NCBI GenBank assembly: GCA_964016885.1
Contig: CAXHJY010001588.1
Location: 308 to 64,307 of the forward strand
DNA length: 64,000 nucleotides
Direction of reading: 5' to 3'
Source of the DNA: Eledone cirrhosa
Lineage: Eukaryota
The position numbers were made by a program, and so were the translations under genes. The notes below the pieces were generated by a model. That model was not told the DNA's origin. It was given only the letters and a program-made list of their open reading frames with translations, and made no database searches. Positions within the stretch are counted from its first letter, which is position 1. Every line of letters starts with the position of its first letter. Shown piece after piece: positions 47,401-59,400 of this stretch.

Positions 47401-50400
47401 CTATCCTAAGCTATCCTAAGCTAAGCTAAGCTATCCTAAGCTAAGCTAAGCTAAGCTAAGCTATCCTAAGCTAAGCTAAGCTATCCTAAGCTAAGCTAAG
47501 CTAAGCTATCCTAAGCTATCCTAAGCTAAGCTATCCTAAGCTAAGCTATCCTAAGCTATCCTAAGCTAAGCTATCCTAAGCTATCCTAAGCTAAGCTATC
47601 CTAAGCTAAGCTATCCTAAGCTAAGCTATCCTAAGCTATCCTAAGCTAAGCTATCCTAAGCTATCCTAAGCTAAGCTAAGCTAAGCTATCCTAAGCTAAG
47701 CTAAGCTAAGCTATCCTAAGCTAAGCTAAGCTAAGCTTTCCTAAGCTATCCTAAGCTAAGCTATCCTAAGCTAAGCTATCCTAAGCTATCCTAAGCTAAG
47801 CTATCCTAAGCTATCCTAAGCTAAGCTATCCTAAGCTATCCTAAGCTAAACTATCCTAACCTAAGCTATCCTAAGCTATCCTAAGCTAAGCTATCCTAAG
47901 CTATCCTAAGCTAAGCTATCCTAAGCTATCCTAAGCTAAGCTATCCTAAGCTATCCTAAGCTAAGCTAAGCTAAGCTATCCTAAACTAAGCTAAGCTATC
48001 CTAAGCTAAGCTAAGCTAAGCTATCCTAAGCTATCCTAAGCTAAGCTATCCTAAGCTAAGCTAAGCTAAGCTATCCTAAGCCAAGCGAAGCTAAGCTATC
48101 CTAAGCCAAGCTAAGCTAAGCTATCCTAAGCTAAGCTAAGCTATCCTAAGCTAAGCTAAGCTAAGCTATCCTAAGCTAAGCTATGCTAAGCTATCCTAAG
48201 CTAAGCTAAGCTAAGCTATCCTAAGCTAAGCTAAGCTAAGCTATCCTAAGCTAAGCTAAGCTAAGCTATCCTAAGCTAAGCTAAGCTAAGCTATCCTAAG
48301 CTAAGCTAAGCTAAGCTATCCTAAGCTAAGCTATGCTAAGCTATCCTAAGCTAAGCTAAGCTAAGCTATCCTAAGCTAAGCTATCCTAAGCTAAGCTAAG
48401 CTAAGCTATCCTAAGCTAAGCTAAGCTAAGCTATCCTAAGCTAAGCTATCCTAAGCTAAGCTAAGCTAAGCTATCCTAAGCTAAGCCAAGCTAAGCTATC
48501 CTAAGCTAAGCTAAGCTAAGCTATCCTAAACTAAGCTAAGCTAAGCTATCCTAAGCTAAGCTAAGCTAAGCTATCCTAAGCTAAGCTAAGCTATCCTAAG
48601 CTAAGCTAAGCTAAGCTATCCTAAGCTAAGCTAAGCTAAGCTTTCCTAAGCTATCCTAAGCTAAGCTATCCTAAGCTAAGCTAAGCTAAGCTATCCTAAG
48701 CTAAGCTAAGCTATCCTAAGCTAAGCTAAGCTAAGCTATCCTAAGCTAAGCTATCCTAAGCTATCCTAAGCTAAGCTATCCTAAGCTATCCTAAGCTAAG
48801 CTATCCTAAGCTAAGCTATCCTAAGCTAAGCTATCCTAAGCTAAGCTATTCTAAGCTAAGCTAAGCTAAGCTATCCTAAGCTAAGCTAAGCTAAGCTATC
48901 CTAAGCTAAGCTAAGCTAAGCTATCCTAAGCTAAGCTAAGCTAAGCAATCCTAAGCTAAGCTAAGCTAAGCTATCCTAAGCTAAGCTAAGCTAAGCTATC
49001 CTAAGCTAAGCTAAGCTATCCTAAGCTAAGCTAAGCTAAGCTATCCTAAGCTAAGCTAAGCTAAGCTATCCTAAGCTATCCTAAGCTAAGCTATCCTAAG
49101 CTAAGCTATCCTAAGCTATCCCAAGCTAAGCTATCCTAAGCTAAGCTAAGCTAAGCTATCCTAAGCTAAGCTATCCTAAGCTAAGCTATCCTAAGCTATC
49201 CTAAGCTAAGCTATCCTAATCTATCCTAAGCTAAGCTATCCTAAGCTATCCTAAGCTAAGCTATCCTAAGCTATCCTAAGCTAAGCTAAGCTAAGCTATC
49301 CTAAGCTATCCTAAGCTAAGCTATCCTAAGCTAAACTATCCTAAGCTATCCTAAGCTAAGCTATCCTAAGCTATCCTAAGCTAAGCTATCCTAAGCTATC
49401 CTAAGCTAAGCTAAGCTAAGCTATCCTAAGCTAAGCTAAGCTAAGCTATCCTAAGCTAAGCTAAGCTAAGCTATCCTAAGCTAAGTTAAGCTAAGCTATC
49501 CTAAGCTATCCTAAGCTAAGCTATCCTAAGCTAAGCTATCCTAAGCTATCCTAAGCTAAGCTATCCTAAGCTATCCTAAGCTAAGCTATCCTAAGCTAAG
49601 CTATCCTAAGCTAAGCTATCCTAAGCTATCCTAAGCTAAGCTATCCTAAGCTATCCTAAGCTAAGCTATCCTAAGCTATCCTAAGCTAAGCTAAGCTAAG
49701 CTATCCTAAGCTAAGCTAAGCTAAGCTATCCTAAGCTAAGCTAAGCTAAGCTATCCTAAGCTAAGCTAAGCTAAGCTATCCTAAGCTATCCTAAGCTAAG
49801 CTATCCTAAGCTAAGCTATCCTAAGCTAAGCTATCCTAAGCTATCCTAAGCTAAGCTATCCTAAGCTAAGCTCTCCTAAGGTAAGCTATCCTAAGCTATC
49901 CTAAGCTAAGCTATCCTAAGCTATCCTAAGCTAAGCTAAGCTAAGCTATCCTAAGCTAAGCTAAGCTAAGCTATCCTAAGCTAAGCTAAGCTAAGCTATC
50001 CTAAGTTAAGCTAAGCTAAGCTATCCTAAGCTAAGTTAAGCTAAGCTATCCTAAGCTAAGCTAAGCTAAGCTATCCTAAGCTAAGCTAAGCTAAGCTCTC
50101 CTAAGCTAAGCTATCCTAAGCTATCCTAAGCTAAGCTAAGCTATCCTAAGCTAAGCTAAGCTAAGCTATCCTAAGCTAAGCTAAGCTATCCTAAGCTAAG
50201 CTAAGCGATCCTAAGCTAAGCTAAGCTAAGCTATCCTAAGCTAAGCTAAGCTAAGCTATCCTAAGCTAAGCTAAGCTAAGCTATCCTAAGCTAAGCTAAG
50301 CTAAGCTATCCTAAGCTAAGCTAAGCTAAGCTATCCTAAGCTAAGCTAAGCTAAGCTATCCTAAGCAAAGCTAAGCTAAGCTATCCTAAGCTAAGCTATC

Positions 50401-50450
50401 CTAAGCTAAGCTATCCTAAGCTATCCTAAGCTAAGCTATCCTAAGCTAAG
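41450..50450 (+). repeat. Tandem duplication of a ~4,494-4,499 bp unit (2 copies), each homologous to ~5,450-9,950
   Basis: Cassette 41628/46122, CTAC deletion 41783/46277, CTAAC-CTAAG-ATATC 42742/47236, CTATG 43687/48181 and 43837/48331 (offset 4494); cassette 45372/49871 (offset 4499). Confidence 0.92.
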
Positions 50451-53400
50451 CTAAGCTAAGCTAACCTAAGCTAAGCTATCCTAAGCTAAGCTAAGCTAAG
50501 CTATCCTAAGCTAAGCTAAGCTAAGCTATCCTAAGCTATCCTAAGCTAAGCTATCCTAAGCTAAGCTATCCTAAGCTAAGCTATCCTAAGCTATCCTAAG
50601 CTAAGCTATCCTAAGCTAAGCTCTCCTAAGGTAAGCTATCCTAAGCTATCCTAAGCTAAGCTATCCTAAGCTATCCTAAGCTAAGCTAAGCTAAGCTATC
50701 CTAAGCTAAGCTAAGCTAAGCTATCCTAAGCTAAGCTAAGCTAAGCTAAGCTATCCTAAGCTAAGCTAAGCTAAGCTACCTAAGCTAAGCTAAGCTATCC
50801 TAAGCTAAGCTAAGCTAAGCTATCCTAAGCTAAGCTAAGCTCTCCTAAGCTAAGCTAAGCTAAGCTATCCTAAGCTAAGCTAAGCTTTCCTAAGCTAAGC
50901 TAAGCTAAGCTATCCTAAGCTAAGCTAATCTATCCTAAGCTAAGCTAAGCTAAGCTATCCTAAGCTAAGCTAAGCTAAGCTATCCTAAGCTAAGCTAAGC
51001 TAAGCTATCCTAAGCAAAGCTAAGCTATCCTAAGCTAAGCTAAGCTAAGCTATCCTAAGCTAAGCTAAGCTATCCTAAGCTAAGCTAAGCTAAGCTATCC
51101 TAAGCTAAGCTAAGCTATCCTAAGCTAAGCTAAGCTAAGCTATCCTAAGCTAAGCTAAGCTAAGCTATCCTAAGCTAAGCTAAGCTAAGCTATCCTAAGC
51201 TATCCTAAGCTATCCTAAGCTAACCTAAGCTAAGCTATCCTAAGCTAAGCTAAGCTAAGCTATCCTAAGCTAAGCTAAGCTAAGCTATCCTAAGCAAAGC
51301 TAAGCTATCCTAAGCTAAGCTAAGCTAAGCTATCCTAAGCTAAGCTAAGCTATCCTAAGCTAAGCTAAGCTAAGCTATCCTAAGCTAAGCTAAGCTATCC
51401 TAAGCTAAGCTAAGCTAAGCTATCCTAAGCTAAGCTAAGCTAAGCTATCCTAAGCTAAGCTAAGCTAAGCTATCCTAAGCCATCCTAAGCTATCCTAAGC
51501 TAACCTAAGCTAAGCTATCCTAAGCTAAGCTAAGCTAAGCTATCCTAAGCTAAGCTAAGCTATCCTAAGCTAAGCTAAGCTAAGCTATCCTAAGCTAAGC
51601 TAAGCTAAGCTATCCTAAGCTAAGCTAAGCTAAGCTATCCTAAGCTAAGCTAAGCTATCCTAAGCTAAGCTAAGCTAAGCTATCCTAAGCTAAGCTAAGC
51701 TAAGCTATCCTAAGCTATCCTAAGCTAAGCTATCCTAAGCTAAGCTATCCTAAGCTATCCTAAGCTAAGCTATCCTAAGCTAAGCTAAGCTAAGCTATCC
51801 TAAGCTAAGCTATCCTAAGCTAAGCTATCCTAAGCTATCCTAAGCTAAGCTATCCTAAGCTATCCTAAGCTAAGCTATCCTAAGCTATCCTAAGCTAAGC
51901 TATCCTAAGCTATCCTAAGCTAAGCTAAGCTAAGCTATCCTAAGCTAAGCTAAGCTAAGCTAAGCTATCCTAAGCTAAGCTAAGCTAAGCTATCCTAAGC
52001 TAAGCTAAGCTAAGCTATCCTAAGCTATCCTAAGCTAAGCTATCCTAAGCTAAGCTATCCTAAGCTATCCTAAGCTAAGCTATCCTAAGCTATCCTAAGC
52101 TAAGCTCTCCTAAGCTAAGCTATCCAAAGCTAAGCTATCCTAAGCTATCCTAAGCTAAGCTATCCTAAGCTATCCTAAGCTAAGCTAAGCTAAGCTATCC
52201 TAAGCTAAGCTAAGCTAAGCTATCCTAAGCTAAGCTAAGCTAAGCTTTCCTAAGCTATCCTAAGCTAAGCTATTCTAAGCTAAGCTATCCTAAGCTATCC
52301 TAAGCTAAGCTATCCTAAGCTATCCTAAGCTAAGCTATCCTAAGCTAATCTATCCTAAGCTAAGCTATCCTAAGCTAACCTAAGCTAAGCTATCCTAAGC
52401 TATCCTAAGCTAAGCTATCCTAAGCTATCCTAGGCTAAGCTAAGCTAAGCTATCCTAAGCTAAGCTAAGCTAAGCTATCCTAAGCTAAGCTAAGCTAAGC
52501 TATCCTAAGCTAAGCTAAGCTAAGCTATCCTAAGCTATCCTAAGCTAAGCTATCCTAAGCTAAGCTATCCTAAGCTAAGCTATCCTAAGCTATCCTAAGC
52601 TAAGCTATCCTAAGCTATCCTAAGCTAAGCTATCCTAAGCTAAGCTATCCTAAGCTAAGCTATCCTAAGCTATCCTAAGCTAAGCTATCCTAAGCTATCC
52701 TAAGCTAAGCTATCCTAAGCTATCCTAAGCTAAGCTAAGCTAAGCTATCCTAAGCTAAGCTAAGCTAAGCTATCCTAAGCTAAGCTAAGCTAAGCTATCC
52801 TAAGCTAAGCTAAGCTAAGCTATCCTAAGCGATCCTAAGCTAAGCTATCCTAAGCTAAGCTATCCTAAGCTATCCTAAGCTAAGCAATCCTAAGCTATCC
52901 TAAGCTAAGCTATCCTAAGCTAAGCTATCCTAAGCTATCCTAAGCTAAGCTATCCTAAGCTATCCTAAGCTAAGCTATCCTAAGCTATCCTAAGCTAAGC
53001 TAAGCTAAGCTAACCTAAGCTAAGCTATCCTAAGCTAAGCTAAGCTAAGCTATCCTAAGCTAAGCTAAGCTAAGCTATCCTAAGCTATCCTAAGCTAAGC
53101 TATCCTAAGCTAAGCTATCCTAAGCTAAGCTATCCTAAGCTATCCTAAGCTAAGCTATCCTAAGCTAAGCTCTCCTAAGGTAAGCTATCCTAAGCTATCC
53201 TAAGCTAAGCTATCCTAAGCTATCCTAAGCTAAGCTAAGCTAAGCTATCCTAAGCTAAGCTAAGCTAAGCTACCTAAGCTAAGCTAAGCTAAGCTATCCT
53301 AAGCTAAGCTAAGCTAAGCTATCCTAAGCTAAGCTAAGCTCTCCTAAGCTAAGCTAAGCTAAGCTATCCTAAGCTAAGCTAAGCTTTCCTAAGCTAAGCT

Positions 53401-56400
53401 AAGCTAAGCTATCCTAAGCTAAGCTAATCTATCCTAAGCTAAGCTAAGCTAAGCTATCCTAAGCTAAGCTAAGCTAAGCTATCCTAAGCTAAGCTAAGCT
53501 AAGCTATCCTAAGCTAAGCTAAGCTAAGCTATCCTAAGCTAAGCTAAGCTAAGCTATCCTAAGCTAAGCTAAGCTAAGCTATCCTAAGCTAAGCTAAGCT
53601 AAGCTATCCTAAGCTAAGCTATCCTAAGCTAAGCTAAGCTATCCTAAGCTAAGCTAAGCTAAGCTATCCTAAGCTAAGCTAAGCTAAGCTATCCTAAGCT
53701 AAGCTAAGCTATCCTAAGCTAAGCTAAGCTAAGCTATCCTAAGCTAAGCTAAGCTAAGCTATCCTAAGCTAAGCTAAGCTAAGCTATCCTAAGCTATCCT
53801 AAGCTATCCTAAGCTAAGCTATCCTAAGCTATCCTAAGCTAAGCTAAGCTAAGCTATCCTAAACTAAGCTAAGCTAAGCTATCCTAAGCTAAGCTAAGCT
53901 AAGCTATCCTAAGCTAAGCTAAGCTAAGCTATCCTAAGCTATCCTAAGCTAAGCTATCCTAAGCTAAGCTATTCTAAGCTATCCTAAGCTAAGCTATCCT
54001 AAGCTATCCTAAGCTAAGCTATCCTAAGCTAAGCTATCCTAAGCTATCCTAAGCTAAGCTATCCTAAGCTAAGCTAAGCTAAGCTAACCTAAGCTAAGCT
54101 ATCCTAAGCTAAGCTAAGCTAAGCTATCCTAAGCTAAGCTAAGCTAAGCTATCCTAAGCTATCCTAAGCTAAGCTATCCTAAGCTAAGCTATCCTAAGCT
54201 AAGCTATCCTAAGCTATCCTAAGCTAAGCTATCCTAAGCTAAGCTAAGCTAAGCTATCCTAAGCTAAGCTATCCTAAGCTATCCTAAGCTAAGCTAAGCT
54301 AAGCTAACCTAAGCTAAGCTATCCTAAGCTAAGCTATCCTAAGCTAAGCTATCCTAAGCTATCCTAAGCTAAGCTATCCTAAGCTATCCTAAGCTAACCT
54401 AAGCTAAGCTATCCTAAGCTAAGCTAAGCTAAGCTATCCTAAGCTAAGCTAAGCTAAGCTATCCTAAGCTAAGCTAAGCTAAACTATCCTAAGCTAAGCT
54501 AAGCTAAGCTATCCTAAGCTATCCTAAGCTAAGCTATCCTAAGCTAAGCTAAGCTAAGCTATCCTAAGCTAAGCTAAGCTAAGCTATCCTAAGCTAAGCT
54601 AAGCTAAGCTATCCTAAGCTAAGCTATCCTAAGCTATCCTAAGCTAAGCTAAGCTAAGCTAACCTAAGCTAAGCTATCCTAAGCTAAGCTATCCTAAGCT
54701 AAGCTATCCTAAGCTAAGCTAAGCTAAGCTTTCCTAAGCTAAGCTAAGCTGAGCTATCCTAAGCTAAGCTAAGCTATCCTAAGCTAAGCTAAGCTAAGCT
54801 ATCCTAAGCTAAGCTAAGCTAAGCTATCCTAAGCTAAGCTAAGCTAAGCTATCCTAAGCTAAGCTAAGCTATCCTAAGCTAAGCTAAGCTAAGCTATCCT
54901 AAGCTAAGCTAAGCTAAGCTATCCTAAGCTATCCTAAGCTAAGCTATCCTAAGCTAAGCTATCCTAAGCTATCCTAAGCTAAGCTATCCTAAGCTAAGCT
55001 AAGCTAAGCTATCCTAAGCTAAGCTATCCTAAGCTAAGCTATCCTAAGCTATCCTAAGCTAAGCTATCCTAAGCTATCCTAAGCTAAGCTATCCTAAGCT
55101 ATCCTAAGCTAAGCTATCCTAAGCTATCCTAAGCTAAGCTAAGCTAAGCTATCCTAAGCTAAGCTAAGCTAAGCTAAGCTATCCTAAGCTAAGCTAAGCT
55201 AAGCTAAGCTATCCTAAGCTAAGCTAAGCTAAGCTATCCTAAGCTATCCTAAGCTAAGCTATCCTAAGCTAAGCTATCCTAAGCTATCCTAAGCTAAGCT
55301 ATCCTAAGCTATCCTAAGCTAAGCTCTCCTAAGCTAAGCTATCCAAAGCTAAGCTATCCTAAGCTATCCTAAGCTAAGCTATCCTAAGCTATCCTAAGCT
55401 AAGCTAAGCTAAGCTATCCTAAGCTAAGCTAAGCTAAGCTATCCTAAGCTAAGCTAAGCTAAGCTTTCCTAAGCTATCCTAAGCTAAGCTATTCTAAGCT
55501 AAGCTATCCTAAGCTATCCTAAGCTAAGCTATCCTAAGCTATCCTAAGCTAAGCTATCCTAAGCTATCCTAAGCTAAGCTATCCTAACCTAAGCTATCCT
55601 AAGCTATCCTAAGCTAAGCTATCCTAAGCTATCCTAAGCTAAGCTATCCTAAGCTATCCTAAGCTAAGCTAAGCTAAGCTATCCTAAACTAAGCTAAGCT
55701 ATCCTAAGCTAAGCTAAGCTAAGCTATCCTAAGCTAAGCTAAGCTAAGCTAAGCTAAGCTATCCTAAGCTAAGCTAAGCTAAGCTAAGCTATCCTAAGCT
55801 AAGCTAAGCTAAGCTAAGCTATCCTAAGCTAAGCTAAGCTAAGCTAAGCTAAGCTAAGCTATCCTAAGCTAAGCTAAGCTAAGCTATCCTAAGCCAAGCT
55901 AAGCTAAGCTATCCTAAGCCAAGCTAAGCTAAGCTATCCTAAGCTAAGCTAAGCTAAGCTATCCTAAGCTAAGCTAAGCTAAGCTATCCTAAGCTAAGCT
56001 AAGCTAAGCTATCCTAAGCTAAGCTAAGCTAAGCTATCCTAAGCTAAGCTAAGCTAAGCTATACTAAGCTAAGCTAAGCTAAGCTATCCTAAGCTAAGCT
56101 AAGCTAAGCTATCCTAAGCTAAGCTAAGCTAAGCTATCCTAAGCTAAGCTAAGCTATCCTAAGCTAAGCTATCCTAAGCTAAGCTAAGCTAAGCTATCCT
56201 AAGCTAAGCTAAGCTAAGCTATCCTAAGCTAAGCTAAGCTATCCTAAGCTAAGCTAAGCTAAGCTATCCTAAGCTAAGCTAAGCTATCCTAAGCTAAGCT
56301 AAGCTAAGCTATCCTAAGCTAAGCTAAGCTAAGCTATCCTAAGCTAAGCTAAGCTAAACTATCCTAAGCTAAGCTAAGCTATCCTAAGCTAAGCTAAGCT

Positions 56401-59400
56401 AAGCTAAGCTAAGCTAAGCTAAGCTAAGCTTTCCTAAGCTATCCTAAGCTAAGCTATCCTAAGCTAAGCTAAGCTAAGCTATCCTAAGCTAAGCTAAGCT
56501 ATCCTAAGCTAATCTAAGCTAAGCTATCCTAAGCTAAGCTATCCTAAGCTATCCTAAGCTAAGCTATCCTAAGCTATCCTAAGCTAAGCTATCCTAAGCT
56601 AAGCTATTCTAAGCTAAGCTAAGCTAAGCTATCCTAAGCTAAGCTAAGCTAAGCTATCCTAAGCTAAGCTAAGCTAAGCTATCCTAAGCTAAGCTAAGCT
56701 AAGCTATCCTAAGCTAAGCTAAGCTAAGCTATCCTAAGCTAAGCTAAGCTAAGCTATCCTAAGCTAAGTTAAGCTATCCTAAGCTAAGCTAAGCTAAGCT
56801 AAGCTATCCTAAGCTATCCTAAGCTAAGCTATCCTAAGCTAAGCTATCCTAAGCTATCCTAAGCTAAGCTATCCTAAGCTATCCTAAGCTAACCTAAGCT
56901 AAGCTATCCTAAGCTAAGCTAAGCTAAGCTATCCTAAGCTAAGCTAAGCTAAGCTATCCTAAGCTAAGCTAAGCTAAACTATCCTAAGCTAAGCTAAGCT
57001 AAGCTATCCTAAGCTATCCTAAGCTAAGCTATCCTAAGCTAAGCTAAGCTAAGCTATCCTAAGCTAAGCTAAGCTAAGCTATCCTAAGCTAAGCTAAGCT
57101 AAGCTATCCTAAGCTAAGCTATCCTAAGCTATCCTAAGCTAAGCTAAGCTAAGCTAACCTAAGCTAAGCTATCCTAAGCTAAGCTATCCTAAGCTAAGCT
57201 ATCCTAAGCTAAGCTAAGCTAAGCTTTCCTAAGCTAAGCTAAGCTGAGCTATCCTAAGCTAAGCTAAGCTATCCTAAGCTAAGCTAAGCTAAGCTATCCT
57301 AAGCTAAGCTAAGCTAAGCTATCCTAAGCTAAGCTAAGCTAAGCTATCCTAAGCTAAGCTAAGCTATCCTAAGCTAAGCTAAGCTAAGCTATCCTAAGCT
57401 AAGCTAAGCTAAGCTATCCTAAGCTATCCTAAGCTAAGCTATCCTAAGCTAAGCTATCCTAAGCTATCCTAAGCTAAGCTATCCTAAGCTAAGCTAAGCT
57501 AAGCTATCCTAAGCTAAGCTATCCTAAGCTAAGCTATCCTAAGCTATCCTAAGCTAAGCTATCCTAAGCTATCCTAAGCTAAGCTATCCTAAGCTATCCT
57601 AAGCTAAGCTATCCTAAGCTATCCTAAGCTAAGCTAAGCTATCCTAAGCTAAGCTAAGCTAAGCTAAGCTATCCTAAGCTAAGCTAAGCTAAGCTAAGCT
57701 ATCCTAAGCTAAGCTAAGCTAAGCTATCCTAAGCTATCCTAAGCTAAGCTATCCTAAGCTAAGCTATCCTAAGCTATCCTAAGCTAAGCTATCCTAAGCT
57801 ATCCTAAGCTAAGCTCTCCTAAGCTAAGCTATCCAAAGCTAAGCTATCCTAAGCTATCCTAAGCTAAGCTATCCTAAGCTATCCTAAGCTAAGCTAAGCT
57901 AAGCTATCCTAAGCTAAGCTAAGCTAAGCTATCCTAAGCTAAGCTAAGCTAAGCTTTCCTAAGCTATCCTAAGCTAAGCTATTCTAAGCTAAGCTATCCT
58001 AAGCTATCCTAAGCTAAGCTATCCTAAGCTATCCTAAGCTAAGCTATCCTAAGCTATCCTAAGCTAAGCTATCCTAACCTAAGCTATCCTAAGCTATCCT
58101 AAGCTAAGCTATCCTAAGCTATCCTAAGCTAAGCTATCCTAAGCTATCCTAAGCTAAGCTAAGCTAAGCTATCCTAAACTAAGCTAAGCTATCCTAAGCT
58201 AAGCTAAGCTAAGCTATCCTAAGCTAAGCTAAGCTAAGCTAAGCTAAGCTATCCTAAGCTAAGCTAAGCTAAGCTAAGCTATCCTAAGCTAAGCTAAGCT
58301 AAGCTAAGCTATCCTAAGCTAAGCTAAGCTAAGCTAAGCTAAGCTAAGCTATCCTAAGCTAAGCTAAGCTAAGCTATCCTAAGCCAAGCTAAGCTAAGCT
58401 ATCCTAAGCCAAGCTAAGCTAAGCTATCCTAAGCTAAGCTAAGCTAAGCTATCCTAAGCTAAGCTAAGCTAAGCTATCCTAAGCTAAGCTAAGCTAAGCT
58501 ATCCTAAGCTAAGCTAAGCTAAGCTATCCTAAGCTAAGCTAAGCTAAGCTATACTAAGCTAAGCTAAGCTAAGCTATCCTAAGCTAAGCTAAGCTAAGCT
58601 ATCCTAAGCTAAGCTAAGCTAAGCTATCCTAAGCTAAGCTAAGCTATCCTAAGCTAAGCTATCCTAAGCTAAGCTAAGCTAAGCTATCCTAAGCTAAGCT
58701 AAGCTAAGCTATCCTAAGCTAAGCTAAGCTATCCTAAGCTAAGCTAAGCTAAGCTATCCTAAGCTAAGCTAAGCTATCCTAAGCTAAGCTAAGCTAAGCT
58801 ATCCTAAGCTAAGCTAAGCTAAGCTATCCTAAGCTAAGCTAAGCTAAACTATCCTAAGCTAAGCTAAGCTATCCTAAGCTAAGCTAAGCTAAGCTAAGCT
58901 AAGCTAAGCTAAGCTAAGCTTTCCTAAGCTATCCTAAGCTAAGCTATCCTAAGCTAAGCTAAGCTAAGCTATCCTAAGCTAAGCTAAGCTATCCTAAGCT
59001 AAGCTAAGCTAAGCTATCCTAAGCTAAGCTATCCTAAGCTATCCTAAGCTAAGCTATCCTAAGCTATCCTAAGCTAAGCTATCCTAAGCTAAGCTATTCT
59101 AAGCTAAGCTAAGCTAAGCTATCCTAAGCTAAGCTAAGCTATCCTAAGCTAAGCTAAGCTAAGCTATCCTAAGCTAAGCTAAGCTAAGCTATCCTAAGCT
59201 AAGCTAAGCTAAGCTATCCTAAGCTAAGCTAAGCTAAGCTATCCTAAGCTAAGTTAAGCTATCCTAAGCTAAGCTAAGCTAAGCTAAGCTATCCTAAGCT
59301 ATCCTAAGCTATCCTAAGCTAACCTAAGCTAAGCTATCCTAAGCTAAGCTAAGCTAAGCTATCCTAAGCTAAGCTAAGCTAAGCTATCCTAAGCTAAGCT

